Positions 39,053 through 47,274 of a DNA stretch of 64,000 bases are shown here, piece by piece. This DNA is from an uncultured Gemmatimonadales bacterium (GTDB lineage: Bacteria; Gemmatimonadota; Gemmatimonadetes; JACCXV01; JAHWKZ01), in NCBI GenBank assembly GCA_947259315.1, contig CAMYLR010000008.1, forward strand, positions 31,013 through 95,012, written 5' to 3'. The notes beneath the pieces are model-generated. The model ran no database searches. It was not told where the DNA came from and saw nothing but the letters and a program-made list of their open reading frames with translations. The first letter of the stretch is position 1, and every line of letters starts with the position of its first letter. The position numbers were made by a program, and so were the translations under genes.

Positions 39053-40089
39053 AGGCCGATCGCCTCACGTACTTCGCGCATCGTTTCTCGGGCCACCTTC
39101 TGAGCTGCCTCACGTCCAGTGGCGAGTATTTCGGCCAGCTGATTCGGGTCGGATCGCAACTCAGCCGCTCGCTCCCGCATCGGTGCAAACGTCTCGCTCA
39201 ACACATCAGCCATTAGCATCTTGTCTTCGTAACAGCCGATCTCGGCGCTTCGGCACTGTTGTTCGACCCGATCGATCGTGGTCGAATCGGAAAAGTACCC
39301 GTGCCACGCGAACACGTTACACACCTCGGGCCGACCAGGGTCCTCGCGACGTTTGCGTTGTGGGTCGGTAAACGCAGTCGCCATCCGCTCCCGGATCTGC
39401 TCCGGCGATTCGAGTATCCCGATGTGGTTTCCCTTGGTCTTGGACATCTTGCTCTGGCCGTCGAGACCCAGCACCCGCGGGGTCTCGGTCAGCAGAACCT
39501 GAGGTTCCGGAAATGTCTCGCCGAATGCGTTGTTGAAACGCCGGGCCAACATGCGGGCCAGCTCGAGGTGCTGCGACTGGTCCTCCCCGACCGGAACACG
39601 ATCGGCCTTGTAGAGCAAAATGTCTGCCGACTGGAGCACGGGGTACATGAGGAGCCCGGCGTTGACCGCTTCTCCGCCGCCGGCAGTCTTGTCCTTGAAC
39701 TGGGTCATTCTTTGCAGCTGTCCAAGCGGTGCGAGCGATGTCAGGATCCAAGCCAACTCGGTGTGCTCGGGAACTTCAGACTGGATGAACATGTGACTCT
39801 TGTCAGGATCCAGACCGGCGGCGATCAGTGAAACCAACATGTCCTCGGTCAGCTTCCGGAGTTCCCGGGGATCGAACGGACTGGCGATAGCATGGTAGTC
39901 TACGATCGGGTAGAAGCACTCGTACTCGTCCTGCAACCGGACCCAGTTCCGAACCGCACCCAGGTAGTTCCCGATGTGCAGCTCGCCTGTCGGCTGGATG
40001 CCGCTGAGGACGCGGGGCTTTACCGCCGCGGGTTCACTCGACGTACTCACCCGATCCCCAGCGCGAGGCGCACCATCGTCCAGGTCCAT
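39019..40089 (-). CDS. trpS: Tryptophan--tRNA ligase
   Basis: Class I HIGH (GELHIGNYLG) and KMSKS (SKMSKT). The ATG (MDLDDG...) at 40089 overlaps the upstream M50 protease gene by 43 nt. The track ORF, extended to 40605, lies almost entirely inside that gene and is rejected. Confidence 0.85.
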   Translation of the reverse strand: MDLDDGAPRAGDRVSTSSEPAAVKPRVLSGIQPTGELHIGNYLGAVRNWVRLQDEYECFYPIVDYHAIASPFDPRELRKLTEDMLVSLIAAGLDPDKSHMFIQSEVPEHTELAWILTSLAPLGQLQRMTQFKDKTAGGGEAVNAGLLMYPVLQSADILLYKADRVPVGEDQSQHLELARMLARRFNNAFGETFPEPQVLLTETPRVLGLDGQSKMSKTKGNHIGILESPEQIRERMATAFTDPQRKRREDPGRPEVCNVFAWHGYFSDSTTIDRVEQQCRSAEIGCYEDKMLMADVLSETFAPMRERAAELRSDPNQLAEILATGREAAQKVARETMREVREAIGLWQTSNRPVTA

Positions 40090-40688
40090 ATGCGGGTCAC
40101 GCCAAACACGACGCCCCCAACCGGTGTGAACACAAGAAGCAGCAGGACGATGATCAAGCCGTAACGACCCGTTGACTGATACGAATAGGCCATCGGACGC
40201 GGCAGGAAGTTGGCTACCACGTGCGAGCCGTCCAGCGGGGGCACAGGCAGCATATTGAACACCGCCAGGATGAAATTGATGAAGATCCCGTACTCGCAAA
40301 GCAACTGAATCCCCGGCGATATAGCCCCGCCAGAGATAACCCGAGTGACAAACAGAGCGGCAGCAAACGCGAATGCCAGCAGGATGTTCGACGCCGGACC
40401 CGCCAACGATACGGTAATATCTCCCCACTTGCGGTCGCGGAAGTTCTCCAGCGTGACCGGTACCGGCTTGGCCCAACCAAACAGTATGCTCGAGCCACTC
40501 AATAACAGGAACAGCGGCACCAGAATCGAGCCAAAGAGGTCGATGTGTGGGACCGGGTTTAGGGTCAGCCGCCCGAGCATCCGTGCCGTGGGATCCCCCC
40601 ACCACTCAGCCACGTACCCGTGAGCGTACTCATGCACGATCACCGAAAAGAGCAGAACCGGCAGCAGGAAAACAAGCGATTCGTTCAT
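40047..40688 (-). CDS. Site-2 protease family (peptidase M50) membrane metalloprotease
   Basis: HEYAHG (HExxH), NMLPVPPLDG (LDG motif), and multiple TM segments. Confidence 0.8.
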   Translation of the reverse strand: MNESLVFLLPVLLFSVIVHEYAHGYVAEWWGDPTARMLGRLTLNPVPHIDLFGSILVPLFLLLSGSSILFGWAKPVPVTLENFRDRKWGDITVSLAGPASNILLAFAFAAALFVTRVISGGAISPGIQLLCEYGIFINFILAVFNMLPVPPLDGSHVVANFLPRPMAYSYQSTGRYGLIIVLLLLVFTPVGGVVFGVTRIWTWTMVRLALGIG

Positions 40689-40843
40689 GACATCGGAGAG
40701 TTAAGGTGTGATGGGCCCAGAGAGTCGCACGCGCGCGGCAACTGCGAGTACCTTAACCTATGCTTGCTTGGAGCGAGGTGTCAAAACGGCTGGCCAGGGT
40801 CCCGTTGCCGAACCGTCCACGGCGGTCTATCTTGCTGACCCAC

Positions 40844-40870
40844 TTTGGATTACGTTTTCAAATATTATTT
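40844..40870 (+). promoter_or_regulatory. Candidate promoter of rpsT: TTTG ... TATTATTT (a Bacteroidetes-style -33/-7 arrangement)
   Basis: cacTTTGgattacgttttcaaaTATTATTTctgcgaggaaccATG lies in an otherwise GC-rich genome. The spacing is approximate and no TSS data are available. Confidence 0.3.
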
Positions 40871-40882
40871 CTGCGAGGAACC

Positions 40883-41143
40883 ATGCCGAACGTGAAGTCT
40901 GCCGCCAAACGCGCCCGTACAAACGACCGGCGTCGCCTGCAAAACCGCGATGCCCGCTCGCGTCTTCGTACCGCCATCAAGAAGGTCCGTCAGGCCGGCT
41001 CGAGCGAAGACGCCAGGTCGGCTCTTCGAGATGCGGAGAGCCTGCTCGACCGCTTGACCGGTCGGGGAATCATCCACAAGAACGCCGCCGCCCGGCACAA
41101 ATCTCGTCTAAGCGCGCACGTAGCCAAGCTCGAAGCGCGCTAG
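40883..41143 (+). CDS. rpsT: 30S ribosomal protein S20
   Basis: MPNVKSAAKRARTNDRRRLQNRDARSRLRTAIKKV... The track ORF has a spurious 41-codon 5' extension. Confidence 0.9.
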   Translation: MPNVKSAAKRARTNDRRRLQNRDARSRLRTAIKKVRQAGSSEDARSALRDAESLLDRLTGRGIIHKNAAARHKSRLSAHVAKLEAR

Positions 41144-41937
41144 CGATCCCCTTCGCCGTTGAGCGTGTCGCGCACGATCTCGGCGATTCCACGTCGTACC
41201 TCAGCGCTCCCCGAGGCGAGCCCACCAGGGTAATCACGCTCGGCCAAAGGCTCGATATCGGTGACTGCACAACCCGGATTTTGAACCCCCGAGCCATATG
41301 CATCCAGCGTCATCAGCTGGTCGACCTCCTGGCGCGACAATCGATTGACGTTCCCGAGCAGGTGCGCGACCAATAGTGATCGCGCCGCCTGTTCGAGAGA
41401 CTCCATGACGTTGATCGAAACCGCCAACGAACTCCCGTAGGCAACCGCCCCGTGGTTGGCGAGCAGAAGCGCGTCGTGGGCTCTGACGTACGGTGCCAGC
41501 TGTTCCGCCAGCTCATCGGTGGACGGTGTCCCGTACGGGACGATCGGTACCCAACCCAGTGTGGCGATGATCTCCGGAATAACGCACTCGTTGAGGGATT
41601 GACCCGCAATGGCAAAACCGGTCGCGATGGGTGGATGGGCGTGGACGATCGCTGCAACGTCACTACGCAGTTCGTAGATCTTCAGATGCATCTTCAACTC
41701 ACTCGATGGTCGACCGGTCCCCGCTAACCGCTGGCCGGCCATGTCGGTAACCACCAGCGACTCGGGTGCGAGAAACCCCTTGCTGACCCCGGACGGGGTG
41801 GCTAGCACCCTCGCCTTGTCTAACCGGACTGATATGTTGCCCTCCGCACCGCCCACTAATCCGCGCCCATACAGCCGACGTCCAACCTCGACCATCTCGG
41901 CTCGCGTCCGTTCCAGGGTCTCGGCTGGATTCGCCAT
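41140..41937 (-). CDS. Class II aldolase/adducin family protein (fuculose-1-phosphate aldolase / MtnB-like)
   Basis: GNISVRLD, IVHAHPP and metal-binding His residues. Its start overlaps the rtcB stop. Confidence 0.75.
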   Translation of the reverse strand: MANPAETLERTRAEMVEVGRRLYGRGLVGGAEGNISVRLDKARVLATPSGVSKGFLAPESLVVTDMAGQRLAGTGRPSSELKMHLKIYELRSDVAAIVHAHPPIATGFAIAGQSLNECVIPEIIATLGWVPIVPYGTPSTDELAEQLAPYVRAHDALLLANHGAVAYGSSLAVSINVMESLEQAARSLLVAHLLGNVNRLSRQEVDQLMTLDAYGSGVQNPGCAVTDIEPLAERDYPGGLASGSAEVRRGIAEIVRDTLNGEGDR

Positions 41938-43385
41938 TATCCCTTTACAACCCCAATCGGCTTGAGCTCAGCCACGCGGCGGCTCACTCCAGCCGCCTCC
42001 ATCACCTCGACCACGTCCGCAACGTCCTTATACGCATGCGGCATCTCCTCAGCCACCGTTCGCATGCCCGTCGCCCTGACCACGACCCCCTTGGCCTCCA
42101 TTTCCCCGATCAAATCACGTCCACGAGAGCGTTTCTTGGACTGTGTACGACTCATCTTACGACCGGCGCCATGACACGTGGAGCCGAAGGTCTTCTCCAT
42201 CGCACCGGCCGCCCCCGCACAGACGTAGGAGTAGTTACCCATGCTACCCGGTACCAACACGGGTTGCCCAACGTCGCGGTACGCTGGCGGTACCTCTGCA
42301 TGTCCTGCTGGGAACGCTCGCGTTGCGCCTTTCCGGTGAACGCACACTGACATTCTCCGTCCATCGAGCTCGTGCTCCTCGATCTTGGCGATGTTGTGAC
42401 AGACATCGTAGACGAGCCGCATGCCCAGCCTAGCCGCGGGAAGGCGAAAGATCTCTTGAAAAGCTTCGCGGACCTTGTGCAACATGACCTGTCGGTTGCA
42501 CCAAGCGTAGTTGGCCGCACACCTCATGGCGCCCAAATAAGAGCGACCGTCGGGTGAGTCGAGCGGCGCTGCAGCGAGCTGAACATCGGGCAGCCGATAG
42601 CCGAAGTCCGCGAGCCGGGGCCGAATTCTCTTGAGTGAGTCATCACAAACCTGATAGCCCAACCCCCGCGACCCGGAGTGGATCATTACCACGATTTGAT
42701 CCGGAAACAGCCCATAGGCGTTAGCCAGGGTGGTGTCAAACAATCGAGCCACCCGCTGCACCTCGAGAAAGTGGTTGCCGGATCCCAGCGTGCCAACCTG
42801 CCCGAGCCCGCGCTTCTTGGCACGATCAGAGACGCAGTCGGGATCGGCGCCGCCCAGACGACCTCCGGCCTCTGTGTGTTCGAGATCGAGCGTGTCTCCA
42901 TAACCCTGCTCGATGGCCCACCGGGATCCGTTCACGAGCACGTTTTCCAGGTCGCCCCGAGATAGCTTGCGGATAGCACCCGATGCTCCAACGCCACTGG
43001 GCACGAGTTGATACAACCGATCGATGAGCGATCGACGCACCGTGTCATCGAGATCAGCGAACACCAGATCGCTGCGCGCCAAACGAACGCCGCAATTGAT
43101 GTCGTATCCCACACCACCGGGTGAAATGGCACCACTTCGCGCGTCGGTGGCGGCGACACCACCGATCGGAAATCCGTAGCCCCAGTGGATATCGGGCATC
43201 GCCAGCGACCACCCGACGACACCCGGCAGGCAGGCGACATTGCGGACCTGCTCGAGGCTATGATCGGTCCGAATCGCGGCCATGAGCTCTTCGGATGCGA
43301 ATATTCGTCCCGGTACATGCATCTCACCGGTCTTTGGGATCTCCCAGAGATAGGGTTCGATCTTTTTGACTTCGATTTCGTTCAT
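41937..43385 (-). CDS. rtcB: RNA-splicing ligase RtcB (3'-phosphate/5'-OH RNA ligase)
   Basis: GYDINCGVR, GSGNHF, HSGSRGLG, a nucleophilic His region (STCHGAGR), and a metal-binding Cys. Confidence 0.9.
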   Translation of the reverse strand: MNEIEVKKIEPYLWEIPKTGEMHVPGRIFASEELMAAIRTDHSLEQVRNVACLPGVVGWSLAMPDIHWGYGFPIGGVAATDARSGAISPGGVGYDINCGVRLARSDLVFADLDDTVRRSLIDRLYQLVPSGVGASGAIRKLSRGDLENVLVNGSRWAIEQGYGDTLDLEHTEAGGRLGGADPDCVSDRAKKRGLGQVGTLGSGNHFLEVQRVARLFDTTLANAYGLFPDQIVVMIHSGSRGLGYQVCDDSLKRIRPRLADFGYRLPDVQLAAAPLDSPDGRSYLGAMRCAANYAWCNRQVMLHKVREAFQEIFRLPAARLGMRLVYDVCHNIAKIEEHELDGRRMSVCVHRKGATRAFPAGHAEVPPAYRDVGQPVLVPGSMGNYSYVCAGAAGAMEKTFGSTCHGAGRKMSRTQSKKRSRGRDLIGEMEAKGVVVRATGMRTVAEEMPHAYKDVADVVEVMEAAGVSRRVAELKPIGVVKG

Positions 43386-43402
43386 GCGGTTAGAAATTGG
43401 CG

Positions 43403-43840
43403 CTACACGTCGAAAATGACCCGTGCCCTCCAGAGCACGTTCCCAGCAGTCTCCTTGTGGTCAAAGGCGAGTTGATGATACGTCACGGCTTTGAGTTCAC
43501 TCGCCTCGGCTAAACGCTCGGCCGACACCGAGACTCCCTTCACCAACCCGACGCACCCCTCGGGATCGACCGCGGAGACTTGGGACTCGAGCGCCACGAA
43601 GCTCTCTTCCTCGAGCAGTCGATAGAGTTCCTCACACCACGCTTTGAGCAAATCCGGGTAGCCGTCAGCGGTCACCACGACCGCGCGCTCTGCATCGGAT
43701 ACGAGATCTGAGGTGTCGGCCATCAGCAGGCAGGTCAGACCGCGCTGGGCAGCCTCCAGCACCTCGGCCGGAGACTCTCCCTCCAAGTCGAGGCCGACGT
43801 CAGCCGTGTGGTCGATCTCGACGAACTTGCCGGGTGTCAC
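43403..43840 (-). CDS. Archease (RtcB activator)
   Basis: 145 aa with the N-terminal conserved DHTADVG motif (EIDHTADVGL), as in archeases. Confidence 0.8.
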   Translation of the reverse strand: MTPGKFVEIDHTADVGLDLEGESPAEVLEAAQRGLTCLLMADTSDLVSDAERAVVVTADGYPDLLKAWCEELYRLLEEESFVALESQVSAVDPEGCVGLVKGVSVSAERLAEASELKAVTYHQLAFDHKETAGNVLWRARVIFDV

Positions 43841-43908
43841 ACTGGCATGTTAGGGGTGGAAACGGTCGGCAGCAACCGCGATGTGGTGTGGGGCACGTAG
43901 TCTAGCGA

Positions 43909-44952
43909 TTAGACGATTCGCAGCTTCTCGCCATGGCCAGGGGGATCTTCGTGATCACCCAGATGCAGCGATTCGAGATTGGCACCCAACGACCGGTAGC
44001 AACGCCGGGCTTCGCGCCACGCCTCGAGTGCTTCTTGGCTTCTGTCCTGCCCAATTAGAAGCTCTCCCAACTCCGCCCAAGCCTCGGCTTCACAGTTTGG
44101 CGCGCGACCATCGGCGCACATCTCGAGGGCCCGTTTCAGGCTTTTCTCGGCTTCGGCGAACTCTCCCATTCGACCAGCGATCGACCCTAGCACGAACACC
44201 GTCTCGGCCTCGAGCGAGTTGCTGCTAAACCACTCGCAAAAGGATTGCACTGTCTTAGCCAACGTGTGGGCGCGAATCAAATCCCCTTGATCGAGCGCCA
44301 ACCGGGCGCGATTCAGCATGACTTTCGCCCCCAGGTAGAGATCGAGGCGCCGTTTGCACTTGTCCACTGCGCGATCGAATAGCGCGTCCGCCTCATCGAT
44401 CCGCCCCAGACCCGCCAACACGGTCCCCATGTTGCTGAGCAATCGCGGTCCGCAATTGTCGTAGTCCAACTCCTCAAAACGGGATAGCGCCCAATCGAGC
44501 GACTCCGTTGCGCGCTGACGATCTCCAAGTGCCGTCCACAGCAGACCCTCGTTGGTTTCGATCTCGACCAGCAAACGCTCGTCACCAATCGTTCCCGCAT
44601 GCTCCCTGGCGACACCGTAGCGCCGGCTCGCTTCGTGCCAGTTGCCGCGCTCGTACTCGATCACCCCGAGCAGATTCTCGGCCTCGGCCAACAGCCGCTC
44701 ATCGCCGAGGTTCGCCGCCACGTCTCGACTCGCGAGAACGTCCTCGACAGCTCGATCCCACTGACCGAGTCGCATCCGAATCTCGGCCGCCTCACGCCAA
44801 GCATTGGAGCACGTTTGTTCGCAATCCGGCACTTTGGCTGCCATCTCGGCGGCGGCGGTAAACTCTGACAGCGCCTCGTTCAGCCGCCGACGACTGATCG
44901 CCGCGCGCGCCCTTTCCATCGCTTGAGTGGCTGCATCTCGTGTGGGTACCAT
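43909..44952 (-). CDS. Tetratricopeptide-repeat protein
   Basis: Multiple TPR-like helical repeats with A/L/E/W/Y periodicity. First gene downstream of the sigma-54 promoter. Confidence 0.7.
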   Translation of the reverse strand: MVPTRDAATQAMERARAAISRRRLNEALSEFTAAAEMAAKVPDCEQTCSNAWREAAEIRMRLGQWDRAVEDVLASRDVAANLGDERLLAEAENLLGVIEYERGNWHEASRRYGVAREHAGTIGDERLLVEIETNEGLLWTALGDRQRATESLDWALSRFEELDYDNCGPRLLSNMGTVLAGLGRIDEADALFDRAVDKCKRRLDLYLGAKVMLNRARLALDQGDLIRAHTLAKTVQSFCEWFSSNSLEAETVFVLGSIAGRMGEFAEAEKSLKRALEMCADGRAPNCEAEAWAELGELLIGQDRSQEALEAWREARRCYRSLGANLESLHLGDHEDPPGHGEKLRIV

Positions 44953-45004
44953 GTGAAGCCTTCATCCGTTGACCGGGGGTCAAAGGGGGTACCCGGGAAA
45001 CGTC

Positions 45005-45019
45005 GCAACCCTTGTGCCA
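45005..45019 (-). promoter_or_regulatory. Sigma-54 (-24/-12) promoter: TGGCAC-N5-TTGC
   Basis: The reverse complement of 45001..45020 is ctGGCACaagggTTGCgacg. It matches the TGGCACG-N4-TTGCW consensus with exact GG/GC spacing. It lies about 50 nt upstream of the TPR gene ATG (44952). Confidence 0.55.
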
Positions 45020-45048
45020 GCCTCTCTCGAAAACGCGCTAAGAGGCTG
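45018..45048. repeat. Perfect 8-bp inverted repeat, CAGCCTCT-N15-AGAGGCTG, abutting the -24 element
   Basis: Read directly: cagcctct ctcgaaaacgcgcta agaggctg. There is no U-tract, so it looks more like an operator/UAS than an intrinsic terminator. Confidence 0.5.
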
Positions 45049-45162
45049 ATCCGTAGCAGTATAACTGAAGCAGATCAAGCATCGATTGAGATGCCGGCAC
45101 GCAGGGTGTGCTGGATTGTGCCGGGACGAGACGTGCTGGCCCGGCTCACCGCGTCAGGGACG

Positions 45163-45750
45163 TCAGGAGCGGCGGAGATCGTACTTCTCGATCTTCCGCT
45201 TGAGACGTGGTCGGCTGATACCGAGTTCGCGCGCAGCGGCGGTGCGGTTCCAATCGTTTCTCTGGAGCGCGAAAGCGATAATGCGCTTCTCGTACTCATC
45301 AAATCGAAGACCACCGGGTGGAACGGCGACAGTGAAGCTATTGGTCTCACTCACTGATCTGGTCGCATTGGACCACCCGGTATGCAGATCGTCGATCGCG
45401 GCGGTCAGACGGCCACGATCATGCGGCAACGCGAAATAGTCCTTAGCCCCACCGGTGAGCGCTTGCACCGCCGAATCGGCGGTCGGTTGCCGGGTAACCG
45501 CGAGCACCGCTGGTTGTGGTGTTCTGCCAACGATATCTGCGAGTATCTGGCCCGAGTACTCACCGACAAAGTCGAGGTCTAGGACTACCAGATCAACCTC
45601 CGGGGGGAGCGAACCACTGCCTCCCGCCTTGTGAAACACGCATTGGAGATTTGGCGCTCGGGGCACCAGCTCAGCGTACTCGGTCGCTGCGCCGTAGACC
45701 GCAACGCGGTAGGGCGGTGGAACGCTGTTGCTCAGCTCACCCCGAGCCAC
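45163..45750 (-). CDS. Two-domain regulator: atypical receiver-like domain + Fis-type HTH (NtrC-family C-terminus), with no AAA+ sigma-54 activation domain
   Basis: C-terminal FALQRNDWNRTAAARELGISRPRLKRKIEKY (Fis/NtrC HTH). Receiver-like beta3-beta5 with DLVVLDLDF, AVT and AKDYFALP, but no N-terminal acidic pair. Confidence 0.7.
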   Translation of the reverse strand: MARGELSNSVPPPYRVAVYGAATEYAELVPRAPNLQCVFHKAGGSGSLPPEVDLVVLDLDFVGEYSGQILADIVGRTPQPAVLAVTRQPTADSAVQALTGGAKDYFALPHDRGRLTAAIDDLHTGWSNATRSVSETNSFTVAVPPGGLRFDEYEKRIIAFALQRNDWNRTAAARELGISRPRLKRKIEKYDLRRS

Positions 45751-45970
45751 AACTGGGCATGAGCCTGAACCTGACCGCCGATCGGCAGTGCCGGGTCCAG
45801 CACACGACGATCTACATCCGTCTCCAGCCTGACTGCGGCAGATTTCGGCAGATCGTGCGCCAGGTAAAAGGCTACGCGCCTAGCAACATCGCCGGCGGAT
45901 AGGTCGTGATCGACAACATCGGAGATTGCACGCTCGCCAAATCGAACCACGAGCGGCAACGGTGGACGGC

Positions 45971-46213
45971 TCACGCCGGCTTTTCGTCGACCAATGTCTC
46001 TGTTTCCGATTCGATGTCGGGTTCGGTTGCCGAGTACTGCTCGGTCCGCCGTTCATCGAGCTCAGATTCCAAGTTGTCGATCCGTTCCCCACCGAGCTCG
46101 AACAACTCACTGATCTTCTCGAGCACCAACTGGCGAGTTTCTCTGCCCGCCAGAGGGGCCACGAAGATCCCGACCCCGACCCCAACAACGAACGCTTTCA
46201 CTCTCGCAAACAT
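45971..46213 (-). CDS. YtxH-like small membrane protein (DUF948)
   Basis: N-terminal TM GVGVGIFVAPLAGRETRQLVLEKISEL, followed by an acidic tail. Confidence 0.45.
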   Translation of the reverse strand: MFARVKAFVVGVGVGIFVAPLAGRETRQLVLEKISELFELGGERIDNLESELDERRTEQYSATEPDIESETETLVDEKPA

Positions 46214-46244
46214 GACTGCTCCTTCAGTGCGCCGAGCTTCGGCG

Positions 46245-46667
46245 CTACGACCTGGTCTTCAATAAGTCGCGGATTTCACCCAGCAAGACCTCCTGCTTGG
46301 GCGGCTCCGCCGGTGCCTCTTCTTCCTTCTTCTTGGCCCGATTGACATTCCGGATCACGAGGAAGACCGAGAACGCGACGATGACAAACGTGATGATGTG
46401 GTTGACGAACATCCCCCAGTTGAGGGTTACCGCGCCCGCTTCGTGTGCCGCTTCGACGGTCGCGTAAGGCCCCGCCGGCGAGCCCTGGCTCAGGACTGCG
46501 AAGAAGTTGGCGAAATCGACCCCGCCAAGCGCCAATCCAATCGGCGGCATGAGCACGTCCGCGACCAAAGAGCCGATCACCGTCGCAAACGCCGCGCCGA
46601 TGATGATACCAACCGCCATATCGAGCATGCTGCCCTTCATGGCGAACTCCTTAAACTCGTTTAGCAC
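46245..46667 (-). CDS. mscL: Large-conductance mechanosensitive channel
   Basis: (V)LNEFKEFAMKGSMLDMAVGIIIGAAF...IMPPIGLALGGVDF...LLGEIRDLLK aligns along its full length with E. coli MscL. GTG start at 46667 with GGAGG 7 nt upstream. The track ORF is over-extended to 46736. Confidence 0.9.
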   Translation of the reverse strand: MLNEFKEFAMKGSMLDMAVGIIIGAAFATVIGSLVADVLMPPIGLALGGVDFANFFAVLSQGSPAGPYATVEAAHEAGAVTLNWGMFVNHIITFVIVAFSVFLVIRNVNRAKKKEEEAPAEPPKQEVLLGEIRDLLKTRS

Positions 46668-46706
46668 GGTGTCCTCCAGGCTGGTGAAGAGATTACGTGA
46701 ATCGAT

Positions 46707-46793
46707 TGGTGCCCAAGGGGAGATTCGAACTCCCACGGCCTTTCGGCCACTGCCCCCTCAAGACAGCGTGTCTACCAATTCCACCACTTGGGC
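46707..46793 (-). tRNA. tRNA-Leu (anticodon GAG), class II with a long variable arm
   Basis: The reverse complement GCCCAAGTGGTGGAATTGGTAGACACGCTGTCTTGAGGGGGCAGTGGCCGAAAGGCCGTGGGAGTTCGAATCTCCCCTTGGGCACCA folds as a cloverleaf. Anticodon stem CTGTC/GGCAG, loop TTGAGGG. CCA encoded. Confidence 0.85.
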
Positions 46794-46808
46794 CAGCTTG
46801 GTGTTTCT

Positions 46809-47240
46809 CTACTCGCCGGCGGGGGCCGCGCCCTCGTCTGCGGTGGGCGGAGGATTCGCCTCGCTCGGAGCCGCCGCACCCTCAGCGGCCGGAGCGGCGG
46901 CCTCGCCACCGAGAATACCTTGCAGATCGGTCGGGGTTTGAGGCTCCGTCACCGGGGCCTGACCCTCGCCTTGGAGCTCGCGCTCGATCAGGCTCGTCGG
47001 CCGGGTCCCACGCACCGTCAGCAGCGAGATCGCCAAACAGATGACCAGAAACGCCCCCCCAAGCCACTTCGTCGCATTGTGGAGAAACGTTGCCGTCTGA
47101 CGGCTGCCCATCATCTCCATGCCGGTACCGGCTCCACCAAACCCGGCTGCCAGCCCGCCCCCCTTCCCCGACTGCAGGAGCACGACCACGACCAACGCCA
47201 GGCAATCCAGCATCAATAGAATTATAAGTGCACTGTACAT
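46809..47240 (-). CDS. secG: Preprotein translocase subunit SecG (with an Ala/Pro/Glu-rich C-terminal tail)
   Basis: LLQSGKGGGLAAGFGGAGTG...FLVICLAISLL: the SecG two-TM core. Confidence 0.8.
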   Translation of the reverse strand: MYSALIILLMLDCLALVVVVLLQSGKGGGLAAGFGGAGTGMEMMGSRQTATFLHNATKWLGGAFLVICLAISLLTVRGTRPTSLIERELQGEGQAPVTEPQTPTDLQGILGGEAAAPAAEGAAAPSEANPPPTADEGAAPAGE

Positions 47241-47274
47241 AGAGGTTTACAATCTACCCCGACCTACGAACTCG

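Noticed and set aside
44953-45162. Short direct repeats (CGTCAGG x2, GTGCTGG x2) in the regulator-TPR intergenic region
   Set aside because: Too short, and expected by chance in GC-rich DNA. Only the 8-bp perfect inverted repeat and the -24/-12 element were retained.
46809-46950. Ala/Pro/Glu-rich low-complexity stretch
   Set aside because: It is the C-terminal tail of SecG in frame with the conserved core, not a separate repeat element.
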